Assembly: GCA_963842085.1 (NCBI GenBank) | Contig: CAWJET010000001.1 | Span: 2,880,001-2,944,000, forward strand | DNA length: 64,000 bases | Direction of reading: 5' to 3' | Source: an uncultured delta proteobacterium | GTDB taxonomy: Bacteria; Desulfobacterota; Binatia; Binatales; Binataceae | Shown: positions 30,491 to 40,042 of the stretch, piece after piece | How positions within the stretch are numbered: position 1 is the first letter of the stretch | How the letters are laid out: each line of letters opens with the position of its first letter | The notes under the pieces: model-generated | Told to the model about the DNA's origin: nothing | Seen by the model: only the letters and a program-made list of their open reading frames with translations | Database searches by the model: none | Program-made: the position numbers and the translations under genes

Positions 30491-33169
30491 TTACGGCGAG
30501 ATGGCCGGGGTGACGCCGGTCCTTGAAGCGCCGAGCGCGCTCGACGAGTCCGCCAATCCGCTGCCGCCCGTTGCAGGTCCCGCCGAGACTTTGCCGGCGC
30601 CGGGATCGAGCGGCGTTACGGCGCCGCTGCCCGCCGCAGGCCCGGGCGTGACGAAGTGACCTGATGACGCCGAGTATGAGGGAGCGCTGGCCGCAGTCGT
30701 GGACGGCGCCGTCGAGTTCATCGAGGTTGGCCCGATCTCGGTGGTATTGAACGGCGTCTCGCCGCTGCTGGACGGTATGGACTCGGTCGCGCCCGGATTT
30801 TCGGGTCCCGGAGGCGCGGCCGGGCCGCCGTAGGGTGCGTTCAGGTCGGCCGCGGGCGAGACAGGAATCGAGAAGCTCGGCTTGTAGATCTCGCGAATTT
30901 GCGAGACCGGCATATCGTGGATTTCCTTGCGCCCGAGCGAATTGACGAACTTCTGGCGTTCGTCCAGGGCAAGGTCGCGCAGCTCGCTCTTGTTGCGAAC
31001 GATATGCGGCGTCAGGAAGACGATCAGGTTGTCCTTCTGCTTGTCGCTCGACTTGCTGCTGAACAGGTTGCCGATTACCGGGATGTCGGAGACGAACGGT
31101 ACGCCCTGATTCGAGATCTGATCCTGGCTGGCGAGCAGGCCGCCGATTACCGCGGTGCGATGGTTCTGGATCAGCACGCTGGTCGAGGCGGACCGGATCG
31201 TCGTCGTAGGGCCGAGCGTCGCGTTCTGGGTGCCGTTGACCACGTTGGAAACTTCCTCATAGAGGTCGAGTTTCACGTAGTCGCCCTCGGAGACCTGGGG
31301 CACGATATCGAGCGTGATGCCGACGTTCTGGCGCTCGACCGAGTTGAAGATTTGCCCGGGCAAGCCGGCGTTGGCCGCAGCGGAGCCGACGAAGGGCAGG
31401 TTCTGGCCGACGACGATCATCGCTTCTTCATTGTCGGCGGTGAGCAGGGTCGGTGCTGAGAGCACGTTGGCGTGAGTGTCGGTTTCAAGCGCCATGATGA
31501 GCGCGACATCGCAGGGCACGCTCAAGTTGGTGCTGGTGCTGGTGGTCGTGCCAGTGGCGGCGCCAGCCGCAGCCAGGGCCGCAGAAGAGATGGTACACGT
31601 GCTTTTCGAGGCGAGACCGAGGCCCAGGCCGGTCAATCCGAGCGGGTCGCTGAGCGTACTTTCAAGCTGTCCGAAGTTAAGCGAGCCGACGCCGAGCGTG
31701 CTGCCGCTGATACTCGTGGAGGCATTGAAATTGACGCCCAACTCGCGCTGGCGCTCGGCGGAGACCTCGACGATGACGGCCTGGACGAAGATCTGGACCC
31801 GCGGAGTATCGAGGTCGTCGATAATCTGCTTGAGGGTCTGCCAATCCTGCGGTGACGCGCTGATAACCATCGCGTTGGTCGCGGGATCGGCGGTGATATT
31901 TACCGGGTAGGAGAAATCGATGTTCTTGCCGGCCGAGCTGGCTGACGCCGGACCGGTGTTGGACGAGCTGCGACTGATCATCCCGCTGCCGCCGCCGAAG
32001 CCGCCGGAGCCGTTGGTACCGCCGCCGAGACCGCCGCCGCCCATCGAACCGCCGAAACTGGCGCTACTGGCCATTCCGCCGTAACCACCGCCGCCGCCGA
32101 AGCCGTTCATCCCGCCGAAGCCCGAGGTACCGCCATTGGCGGCCTCGTTGAAGCTCGAGCGGCCGAGCGATCCCTTGCCGGTGGTGGGCGACAGGGTGGT
32201 TGGGCCGCTGCCGCCGTTGAGCAGGTTGTTGAGCACTTGCACCATCTCGAGCGCCTGCGCGTTCTTGAGACGATAGACGTGGATGCGCGAGGTCGTGAGC
32301 GGCGGATTGACGTCGAGCTTTTGGACGATCTCCTGGATCTCGCGCATCTGGAGCGGCGGCGCCATCACGATAAGGCAATTGGTGCGCTCGTCAGGGATAA
32401 CCTTGTAACCCGTGCCGGGGCCGGTCGCCGAAGGCGCGACGCCCATCTGGGGCCGGATCATCATCTCCGGCCTGCCGGGGGTGCCGGGCGCGGCCTTGGC
32501 GGCCATGAGCTGATCGATTTCGGGTGCGAGTTCAGTGGCAAAGGCAAGCTTGAGCGGAATGACCACAATCGACTGCTGCTCGCCGCGCACATCCAGGGCG
32601 CCGATTATCTGGAGCAAGCGCTCGACGTTGTAGGCGTCGTCGGTGACGATGACGGTGTTGTCATTCGGGAATGCTGCCACCAGGCCGTCGTGCGAGACCA
32701 TCGGCTGGATGACGCCGATGACGGAAGCGGCGTCGATATTCCTAAGCCGGATCATCCGGGTGACGTACTCGTCGCCCTTTGACTCGGCCGGAACCTGCGA
32801 CTCGGTAAGCGCGGCGGAGGAACGCACGTTGCGCGCGGGGACTATCTTGATAACCTTGCCGGCCTGGACGGTGGTGAAACCTTTCACCTGCAGAACGGAT
32901 TGAAAGATCGAGTAGGCTTGCTCGGGAGTGACCTTGCTCGGCGAGATGATGGTGACCTTGCCGCGCACGGATTCGTCGATGATGAAGTTACGGCCGGTGA
33001 TCTCGCTGATGAACTTGGCCAGCACGGGAATATCCACGTTCTGGAAATTCATCGTGATGGTATTCTGGGGAGGCAGCCCTGCGGATTCGGCGGCGAAGGC
33101 GGCGGATGGGAGGTTGGAAGAGACGAACAACAGAGCGGCGGTAAGCGCCCCAAGCAAAAAACGGCTCAT
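30491..33169 (-). CDS. gspD: Type II secretion secretin GspD
   Basis: Signal peptide MSRFLLGAL..AFA; N0 (NFQNVDI..GRNFIIDESVRGKVTI), N1-N3, secretin domain (QAVIVEV, NVLSAPTLLTADNEEA.I.VGQ, VGITL.I.PQ, GVP..SDIP.IG.LF, LIVFLTP.I). The first ~520 aa of the track ORF are a shadow of lolC/E. Confidence 0.93.
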   Translation of the reverse strand: MSRFLLGALTAALLFVSSNLPSAAFAAESAGLPPQNTITMNFQNVDIPVLAKFISEITGRNFIIDESVRGKVTIISPSKVTPEQAYSIFQSVLQVKGFTTVQAGKVIKIVPARNVRSSAALTESQVPAESKGDEYVTRMIRLRNIDAASVIGVIQPMVSHDGLVAAFPNDNTVIVTDDAYNVERLLQIIGALDVRGEQQSIVVIPLKLAFATELAPEIDQLMAAKAAPGTPGRPEMMIRPQMGVAPSATGPGTGYKVIPDERTNCLIVMAPPLQMREIQEIVQKLDVNPPLTTSRIHVYRLKNAQALEMVQVLNNLLNGGSGPTTLSPTTGKGSLGRSSFNEAANGGTSGFGGMNGFGGGGGYGGMASSASFGGSMGGGGLGGGTNGSGGFGGGSGMISRSSSNTGPASASSAGKNIDFSYPVNITADPATNAMVISASPQDWQTLKQIIDDLDTPRVQIFVQAVIVEVSAERQRELGVNFNASTSISGSTLGVGSLNFGQLESTLSDPLGLTGLGLGLASKSTCTISSAALAAAGAATGTTTSTSTNLSVPCDVALIMALETDTHANVLSAPTLLTADNEEAMIVVGQNLPFVGSAAANAGLPGQIFNSVERQNVGITLDIVPQVSEGDYVKLDLYEEVSNVVNGTQNATLGPTTTIRSASTSVLIQNHRTAVIGGLLASQDQISNQGVPFVSDIPVIGNLFSSKSSDKQKDNLIVFLTPHIVRNKSELRDLALDERQKFVNSLGRKEIHDMPVSQIREIYKPSFSIPVSPAADLNAPYGGPAAPPGPENPGATESIPSSSGETPFNTTEIGPTSMNSTAPSTTAASAPSYSASSGHFVTPGPAAGSGAVTPLDPGAGKVSAGPATGGSGLADSSSALGASRTGVTPAISP

Positions 33170-33382
33170 GCGAGCATCCTCCGCATTTCGAGTCGAAACG
33201 CCGTGAGCATATTTCACCGACGCTGCACAGCGCAACCCGGAATTGTTGCAAATCTCCCAATGCTCGGCGACTATGACGATTACCGACCCGATTTGATTCA
33301 ATCCAGGACCAGAAAAAGGGCAGATTCGGGCGCATCGACGGAATGTGCGCGGGCAGTCCGGGCCGGGATATAAGGTGAAGAT

Positions 33383-34663
33383 TTGCGCTACGAATTCCTG
33401 ATTGGACTCAGATATCTGCGGGCGCGGCGGCGCGAGCGTTTCGTGTCGCTGATCGCGATTATCTCGCTGGCCGGAATCGCAATAGGGACGTTCACGCTGT
33501 CGGTCGCGCTGTCGGTGATGAGCGGATTCGAGAAAGATCTTCGCGCGCGGCTGCTCGCGTTTACGCCGCAGGTAACCATCGAGCGCAGCGACGGCGGGGT
33601 CTGGAACCCGGCCGCGCTCGAGCAGAAGATCGCTGCGATGCCGGAGGTGGCGGCGTCGGCGCCATTTATCACGTCGCAGGTGATGGCGGTGTCGAGCACG
33701 GACTCGGGTGCGCCGGGGCTGGTGGCGGGCGGAATCCTCCGCGGGGTCGAGCCGCATGACAATCCGGTGCTCAAGGAATTGAAAGAGACGCTGGAGAACG
33801 GCTCGCTCGCTGACCTCGAGACCGTGCATCCCGTGACGATCGCGGACAAGGGCAAAAAGCGAGTGGTCGAGCTGCCCGGCGCGATCATCGGCAAGTCGCT
33901 GGCCTTCGACCTGGGGGTGAGGCCGGGCGACGCAGTGATCCTGATTTCGCCGGCGAGCATGGGGGCGGGAATCGGGCCTCCGCGCCTCAAGCGATTCGTG
34001 GTGACGGGATTCTTTCACTCGGGCATGTACGACTTCGACTCGACGCTGTTGTTTGTCGCGCTGAAGGATGGGCGCGCGCTGCTGGCCGACGATCCGCAGC
34101 TCGAGAGCGGGCTCGAACTGCGCCTTCACAACATGTTCGATGCGCCGGCGGTACGTGACCGGATCGCGGCGATGGCGGGGCCTGAGTTCGAGGTGCAGGA
34201 CTGGACCACGGCCAACGCGCCGCTGTTCGTCGCGCTCAAGCTGGAGAAATTCACCTACTTCATGGTGCTGCTGCTGATCGTGCTGGTGGCGGCGTTCAAC
34301 ATAATTGCGACGCTGGTGATGGTGGTGATGGAGCGGCGCAAGGAGATTGCGATCGTGCGCACGATGGGCGCGCGGGCGGCGTCGGTGGCGTCGATCTTTC
34401 TGAGCGAAGGCGCGGCGCTCGGCGTGATCGGCACGGTGCTGGGCGTGGGCGCAGGCTTCGTGACCTCGTACCTGATCGGCAAATATCACTTGATTCATCT
34501 GCCGGCCGACATGTTCATGGTGAGCGCGGTACCGGTGATGATCAATCCATGGAACTTCGTCGTGGTCGCGGCGGCGACGATCGTGCTGTGCCTCGCAGCG
34601 GCAATCTACCCGGCATTGCAAGCGGCAAGGCTCTCGCCAGTCGAGGTGATCCGCTATGAGTGA
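33383..34663 (+). CDS. lolC: Lipoprotein-releasing ABC transporter permease LolC/E
   Basis: IGLRYLRA, LSVMSGF, SGMYDFD, VAAFNI, ERRKEIA, IYPA..AA.L.P.E..RYE. Confidence 0.93.
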   Translation: MRYEFLIGLRYLRARRRERFVSLIAIISLAGIAIGTFTLSVALSVMSGFEKDLRARLLAFTPQVTIERSDGGVWNPAALEQKIAAMPEVAASAPFITSQVMAVSSTDSGAPGLVAGGILRGVEPHDNPVLKELKETLENGSLADLETVHPVTIADKGKKRVVELPGAIIGKSLAFDLGVRPGDAVILISPASMGAGIGPPRLKRFVVTGFFHSGMYDFDSTLLFVALKDGRALLADDPQLESGLELRLHNMFDAPAVRDRIAAMAGPEFEVQDWTTANAPLFVALKLEKFTYFMVLLLIVLVAAFNIIATLVMVVMERRKEIAIVRTMGARAASVASIFLSEGAALGVIGTVLGVGAGFVTSYLIGKYHLIHLPADMFMVSAVPVMINPWNFVVVAAATIVLCLAAAIYPALQAARLSPVEVIRYE

Positions 34664-35387
34664 GGCGCGCGCGGCGGCGACCAAAGCGAAACCGAAAACT
34701 GCGACCGGGCGTCTTATCGAGTTGCGCAGCCTCGACAAGACATTCTACGACGCCGATCGCGAAATCCGCGTGCTGCGCAACCTTGACTTGAACGTTGAGA
34801 CGGGCGAGGAAGTCGCGGTGGTCGGGCAATCGGGTACCGGCAAGTCCACCCTGTTGCACATTATCGGGAGTCTCGAGGAGCCGACCGCCGGCAAGGTCTA
34901 TTTCGAGGGCGAGGATTTGTTCGCGCTCGACGAGAAGTCGCTGGCGGAGTTTCGCAACTCGAAGCTGGGGTTCGTGTTCCAGTTCCATTATCTGCTGGCG
35001 GACTTCACGGCGCTGGAAAACGTCATGATGCCGGCGCTGATCGGCCGCATCGACGACGGCGAAGCGAGCCGGCGTGCGACCGAGATGCTGGAAATCGTCG
35101 GCTTGGGCGACAAGCTCGGCCGCCGGCCGGCGGAGCTGTCGGGCGGTGAGCAGCAACGCGTCGCCGTGGCGCGCGCGGTGGTGCTGCGGCCCAAGCTGCT
35201 GCTGGCGGACGAGCCCACGGGCAATCTCGATCCACATACGGCGGGTGGAGTGCACGAGCTGTTTCACAAGCTCAATCGCGAGCTGGGAATCACGATGGTG
35301 ATCGCGACGCATAACGAGCAGTTAACGCGCAGCATGGGGCGTGCGCTGCGGCTGAGCGAGGGCAAGCTGATCGACGAGCGTCGCTGA
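34656..35387 (+). CDS. lolD: Lipoprotein-releasing ABC transporter ATPase LolD
   Basis: GQSGTGKSTLL, LolD motif GFVFQFHYLL, LSGGEQQR, ADEPTGNLD. Confidence 0.95.
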   Translation: MSEARAAATKAKPKTATGRLIELRSLDKTFYDADREIRVLRNLDLNVETGEEVAVVGQSGTGKSTLLHIIGSLEEPTAGKVYFEGEDLFALDEKSLAEFRNSKLGFVFQFHYLLADFTALENVMMPALIGRIDDGEASRRATEMLEIVGLGDKLGRRPAELSGGEQQRVAVARAVVLRPKLLLADEPTGNLDPHTAGGVHELFHKLNRELGITMVIATHNEQLTRSMGRALRLSEGKLIDERR

Positions 35388-35532
35388 ACTCCCAGCGCGG
35401 GTTCAACGAGAACGCCGCCCAGAACCCTCAGCCAACCGCTCCCGTCAGATAACGGCCGAGGGATCAAGCGGGTGTTTGGTTTACACGGCGGAGGCGATTG
35501 GCTAGTTTGGTCGCCGTTTTTGGTGTGTTTGA

Positions 35533-37965
35533 GTGACATCGGGAAAGTTCAACGCGCGCAAGCCGCGCGTGTCGTCATTGTGCGGGCCGCGCCGTCCGCA
35601 TCGCGAGCTATGGCCGGCGAACATTGCGCTGTTGCTGGTGACGATTGCGGTGCTGCTCGCGGCCGCGGTCGCGCGCGCGCAAGGCCCGGCAGCGATAATC
35701 TCCAGGATTCAGATCGCCGGTAACCAACGCGTCGAGGAAGACGCGATCAGAATCCACATCACGCAGCAGGTCGGCCAACCGCTCGATCAGACGGCAGTGG
35801 ATAATGACATCAAGTCGATCTACCGCATGGGGTTTTTCGACTCGGTGACCGCGCGCGTCGAGCAGCAGGGCGGCAGCAACGTGCTGGTGTACCGGGTGAA
35901 GGAGCGCCCGCAGATAACCGACGTCAAGTTTTACGGGATGAAGGCGATCCGGTCGAACGACGACAAGATAGTGGCGGCGGTGAAGGTGCATCCGGGCACG
36001 ATACTCGATCCGATCGCGGTCAAGGAGACCATCAACGGCGTTGAGCAGGTGTACGCGGACAAGGGCTACACCGACGCCAAGGTGACCTTCAAGCCGATCC
36101 CGCAACCCGACAACACCGCGTTCGGCGAATTCGACGTGGTTGAGGGGCCGAAGGTCGAGATTACGGAGATCAAATTCGTAGGCAACCACGCGTTTTCATC
36201 GTCGGTTCTGAGCGCCAACATGGAAACCCATACCTACAGCAGATTGCTGAGCTGGTTCACGGGATGGGGCGCGCTCGATCAGAAGAAACTGCAGGAAGAC
36301 GTCGATCGGCTGACGGCGTTCTACTACGACAACGGCTACCTGAACGTGTCGATTGCGCCACCGCAGGTAGTCCGCAGTGGCGGGAAGATTACGATCATCG
36401 TAACCATCGATGAGGGCACCCCGTACCGCGTCGGCCGCATCAACATCCAAGGCAACCTGAAATTTCCGCGCCACGAGCTGCGCCGGCTGCTGACGATGAA
36501 GAGCGGGCAACTGTTCCGCGGCTCGGCCCTGCAGCGCCAAGTGCTGGCGCTGTCCGATTTCTATTCGAACCGCGGCTACGCTTACGTCAACGTCGATCCG
36601 CGCACGCAGTTGGTCCACACCACCAAGCGGGTCAACGTGGTGTTCCTGATCAATCCGGGTCATGAAGTGCTTATCGACCGCATCAACATCAGCGGCAACA
36701 CCAAGACCTCGGACAAGGTAATTCGCCGCGAGATCCAGGTGCAGGAGCAGGAGCCGTACAGCGCCGAGGAGATCCGCGATTCCAAGGTGCGGCTGGACCG
36801 GCTGGGATTCTTCTCCGACACGCGTATCACGACCGCGCCCGCGGCGCAGCCCGACAAGATCAACCTCGACGTGAACGTGACCGAGGCCAATACCGCGTCG
36901 TTCCAGGTGGCGGGCGGGTTCGACAGCTATCAATCGCTGTTCGGCAACTTTACGCTGGGCAACACCAACCTCTTCGGCGGCGGCGAATCGCTGATCCTCA
37001 ACGCGCAGGTGGGTTTCCTGTTCCAGAACTACAGCATCAGTTATACCGAGCCGTGGTTTTTGGACATCCCGCTAAGCGTGGGGATGCAGCTGTTCGACAA
37101 CAAAACCTACCTGCTGAGCTTCAACCAGTCATCGGCGGGCTTCACCTTGACGACGACCTATCCGCTGACCGAACTCGGCTTCAAGAAGCTGGGGCCGTTC
37201 TCGCTCAAAGACATCACGGCGGGACTCGGCTACTCGTTTCAGAGCATCGGCATAACAGGGCTGAATCAGTTCACGACTTACCAAATCGCGCGCTACAAGG
37301 GCTACACGCAAACCTCGGAATTTACCCCGACGATTCGGCGCTTCACGGTGGACAATCCAATCGACCCGCGCACCGGCACCGTCGAGAGTCTCAGCATGCA
37401 GTTCGGCGGACTCGGCGGCACCAATTCATTCATCAAGGGCGTCGCGCATTTTCGCTATTTCTACCCGTTCCTGAAGAGCCAGTCGCTGGGGACGTTCGTA
37501 GTGTCGCAGGGAATCACGTTCGGCATCGGGACCAACCTGGAAAGCGGGACGGGCGGCGAGTTGCCGCTGTATGAGCGCTTCTTCCCGGGCGGAGTCGGCG
37601 GACCGGGCGACGTGCGCGGCTATCAGCTCTATTCGTTGGGGCCGCAGGTGACGATCTACAACCAGGGCGGGGCGCCGCTGAGCGTGCAGGACGTCGGCGG
37701 CAGCAAGGAATTGCTGTTGAGCAACGAGATCACCTTCCCGATCCTGTCGGGCTTGGGAATCCGCGGGGTGGTATTCAGCGACGCGGGGCAATCGTTCCTG
37801 CTCAAGGACTCGCTTTCCATCGACCAGCTTCAGGCCTCGTTCGGAATCGGCGTGCGCTGGAAGTCGCCGTTCGGGCCGCTGGCGGTGGATATCGCGTTTC
37901 CGATCAACCCGCGGCCGGCCGACCAGAGCACGGTATTCGAGGTCGGCGCCGGCTCGCCGCTGTAA
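35533..37965 (+). CDS. bamA: Outer membrane protein assembly factor BamA
   Basis: Five POTRA-like repeats (I.I.GN), NLFGGG, YTEPW, VRGY, W.SPFGPL. Confidence 0.95.
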   Translation: MTSGKFNARKPRVSSLCGPRRPHRELWPANIALLLVTIAVLLAAAVARAQGPAAIISRIQIAGNQRVEEDAIRIHITQQVGQPLDQTAVDNDIKSIYRMGFFDSVTARVEQQGGSNVLVYRVKERPQITDVKFYGMKAIRSNDDKIVAAVKVHPGTILDPIAVKETINGVEQVYADKGYTDAKVTFKPIPQPDNTAFGEFDVVEGPKVEITEIKFVGNHAFSSSVLSANMETHTYSRLLSWFTGWGALDQKKLQEDVDRLTAFYYDNGYLNVSIAPPQVVRSGGKITIIVTIDEGTPYRVGRINIQGNLKFPRHELRRLLTMKSGQLFRGSALQRQVLALSDFYSNRGYAYVNVDPRTQLVHTTKRVNVVFLINPGHEVLIDRINISGNTKTSDKVIRREIQVQEQEPYSAEEIRDSKVRLDRLGFFSDTRITTAPAAQPDKINLDVNVTEANTASFQVAGGFDSYQSLFGNFTLGNTNLFGGGESLILNAQVGFLFQNYSISYTEPWFLDIPLSVGMQLFDNKTYLLSFNQSSAGFTLTTTYPLTELGFKKLGPFSLKDITAGLGYSFQSIGITGLNQFTTYQIARYKGYTQTSEFTPTIRRFTVDNPIDPRTGTVESLSMQFGGLGGTNSFIKGVAHFRYFYPFLKSQSLGTFVVSQGITFGIGTNLESGTGGELPLYERFFPGGVGGPGDVRGYQLYSLGPQVTIYNQGGAPLSVQDVGGSKELLLSNEITFPILSGLGIRGVVFSDAGQSFLLKDSLSIDQLQASFGIGVRWKSPFGPLAVDIAFPINPRPADQSTVFEVGAGSPL

Positions 37966-38106
37966 CGTCAGAGACCCCCGTGGGCAACTGGATTTGATGC
38001 TCGACGAAGTACTATTGTGTATATTTCTTCGTGCGGGAAGAGGCGCGCCGTGGGGACGTGGTTCGCTGTTTCAGATAGGTAGTCAACAGGAGGCTTTCCA
38101 GACTGT

Positions 38107-38757
38107 ATGAGGCAACGGTTGTTCATCGGTGCGATGTTCGGTGCGTTACTTGCGGTGACGTCCGCGGCAGCTCCCGCGCACGCCGAACTCAAGTTCGCCT
38201 ATGTTGACGTGCAGCGGGCGCTCAATGAGTGCGACGCCGGCAAGCGGGCCAAGGCCGATTTCCAGGGCAAGGTCACCTCGCTCGAAGCGCGCCTGCAGCG
38301 GCAGCAAAACGAGGTCCAGGCGCTCAAGGACGAGATGGAAAAAAAGGGCATGCTGATGAACACCGATCAGCGCCAGGCCCTGCAGGACCAGTACATGGAG
38401 AAGCTCAAGAACTTCGAGCGCGACTACAAGGACTCGAAGGACGAGCTGCAGGCGAAGGACCAGGAGATCACCGCGAAAATCGTGCACGACCTCGCGCAAG
38501 TCATCCGCACGCTCGGCGAGCGTGACAACTACACGATGGTGTTCGAGAAGGGATCGATCCTGTGGGGCACCCCGGGCATCGACATCACCGACCAGGTTAT
38601 CCGCAATTACAATGCGATGCATGTGGCGATCGGCACCGTCGGCGAAGGGCCCGGCGGCGGCGTGAGGCCGGCGAGCATTCAGAGCGAGCAGGCGGGCGCG
38701 CCCGAGCCGTCGGAATTCGGCACGCAGGCGGCCAAAAAGTCGACCATCTCGAAGTAG
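38107..38757 (+). CDS. skp: OmpH/Skp periplasmic chaperone
   Basis: Signal peptide AHA, K.AYVD.QR, coiled coil, DIT.QVI; follows bamA. Confidence 0.92.
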   Translation: MRQRLFIGAMFGALLAVTSAAAPAHAELKFAYVDVQRALNECDAGKRAKADFQGKVTSLEARLQRQQNEVQALKDEMEKKGMLMNTDQRQALQDQYMEKLKNFERDYKDSKDELQAKDQEITAKIVHDLAQVIRTLGERDNYTMVFEKGSILWGTPGIDITDQVIRNYNAMHVAIGTVGEGPGGGVRPASIQSEQAGAPEPSEFGTQAAKKSTISK

Positions 38758-38789
38758 GCCGCCCGGCAACGTGCGCGAAGTAATTCCCG

Positions 38790-39251
38790 GTGCCTGACGA
38801 CCACGAAACGAAAGTCTCGGAACTCGAGCGGGTGCTGGGGCTGCTGCCCCATCGCTATCCCTTTCTGCTGGTCGATCGGATCGTCGAACTTGGCAAGGGA
38901 CGCGTCGTAACGATCAAGAACGTCAGCTTCAACGAACCCTACTTCGCCGGCCATTTTCCGGGGCATCCGGTGATGCCGGGGGTGTTGATCGTCGAGGCGC
39001 TCGCGCAGTCGGGCGCGATCCTCGCGCTCAATGAAGTGGGCGGCGACCCGACGCGCCTCTTCGTGCTGACGGGACTGGACAAAGTGCGCTTTCGGCGCCG
39101 TGTGATCCCGGGCGATCAGCTGCGGATGGAAGTGAAAATCGTAAAATTCCATCGTCCGTTGTGGCGGATGCAGGCGGCGGCGCGCGTCGGCGACGAGTTG
39201 GCGGCCGAGGCGGAATTGTCCGCGATGGAAGTCGAGGAGCAAGTTCGATAG
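38790..39251 (+). CDS. fabZ: 3-hydroxyacyl-ACP dehydratase FabZ
   Basis: LPHRYPFLLVDR, GHFPG.PVMPGVLI.EALAQ, VIPGDQL. Confidence 0.96.
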   Translation: MPDDHETKVSELERVLGLLPHRYPFLLVDRIVELGKGRVVTIKNVSFNEPYFAGHFPGHPVMPGVLIVEALAQSGAILALNEVGGDPTRLFVLTGLDKVRFRRRVIPGDQLRMEVKIVKFHRPLWRMQAAARVGDELAAEAELSAMEVEEQVR

Positions 39252-40042
39252 CGGGCCGAATCCATTCCTCCGCGGTCATCGACCGGCGGGCCGAACTCGA
39301 CCCGAGCGTTGAAGTCGGCCCGGGCGCGGTGATCGGACCGGGGGTGAAGATTGGCGCGGGCACGGTGATCGGCCCGTGCGCGATGATCGAGCGCAACACC
39401 ACGATCGGCAAGCGCAATCGCATCTGGCAGTTCGCCGCCATCGGCGCGGAACCGCAGGACCTGAAATTCAAGGGCGAACCGTCGGTAGTCGAAATCGGCG
39501 ACGACAACATGATTCGCGAGTTCGCGACCATTCACCGCGGCACCGAAGGCGGCGGCATGCTCACGAAAATCGGCAGTCACGCGCTGGTGATGACCTACGC
39601 GCACGTCGCGCACGACTGCCTCATCGGCGACCATGTGATCCTGGCGGCGTCCACCGGGCTGGCGGGCCACTGCGTGATCGAAGAGTACGCGATTTGCGAG
39701 GGCCAGGTCGGGGTGCATCAGTTCACCCGCATCGGCACTCACGCGATCGTGGCGGCGGGCGCGAAGGTGGCGCAGGACGTGCCGCCGTACTCGATGGTGG
39801 CGGGGACCGAGCGCGCGCGGCTGGCTGGCGTCAACGAGATTGGCCTGCAGCGGCGCGGCTTCAAGCCGGAAACGATTGCGGCGCTGAAGTCGGCGATTCG
39901 TACGCTGTTTTTCTCGAAGCTGCTGCGCGAGGAAGCGATTGCCAAGACCCTCGAGGAATACGGCGAGCTGGCCGAGGTGCGCCGGCTGGTTGATTTCATA
40001 AACAACTCGAAGCGCGGAGTCGTTGGCCGCGAGCGTGAATAA
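39248..40042 (+). CDS. lpxA: Acyl-ACP--UDP-GlcNAc (or GlcNAc3N) acyltransferase LpxA, probable ATA start
   Basis: IH.SAVI hexapeptide repeats, PQDLKFKG, IREF.TIHRGT, HVAHDC, GVHQF.RIG, DVPPY; start placed at the ATA 8 nt after GAGGAG. Confidence 0.93.
   Translation: MAGRIHSSAVIDRRAELDPSVEVGPGAVIGPGVKIGAGTVIGPCAMIERNTTIGKRNRIWQFAAIGAEPQDLKFKGEPSVVEIGDDNMIREFATIHRGTEGGGMLTKIGSHALVMTYAHVAHDCLIGDHVILAASTGLAGHCVIEEYAICEGQVGVHQFTRIGTHAIVAAGAKVAQDVPPYSMVAGTERARLAGVNEIGLQRRGFKPETIAALKSAIRTLFFSKLLREEAIAKTLEEYGELAEVRRLVDFINNSKRGVVGRERE

Noticed and set aside
33170-34738. N-terminal ~520 aa of the 1415-aa track ORF, suggesting a giant GspD fusion
   Set aside because: It is mostly the antisense shadow of lolC/E; the GspD signal peptide starts at 33169
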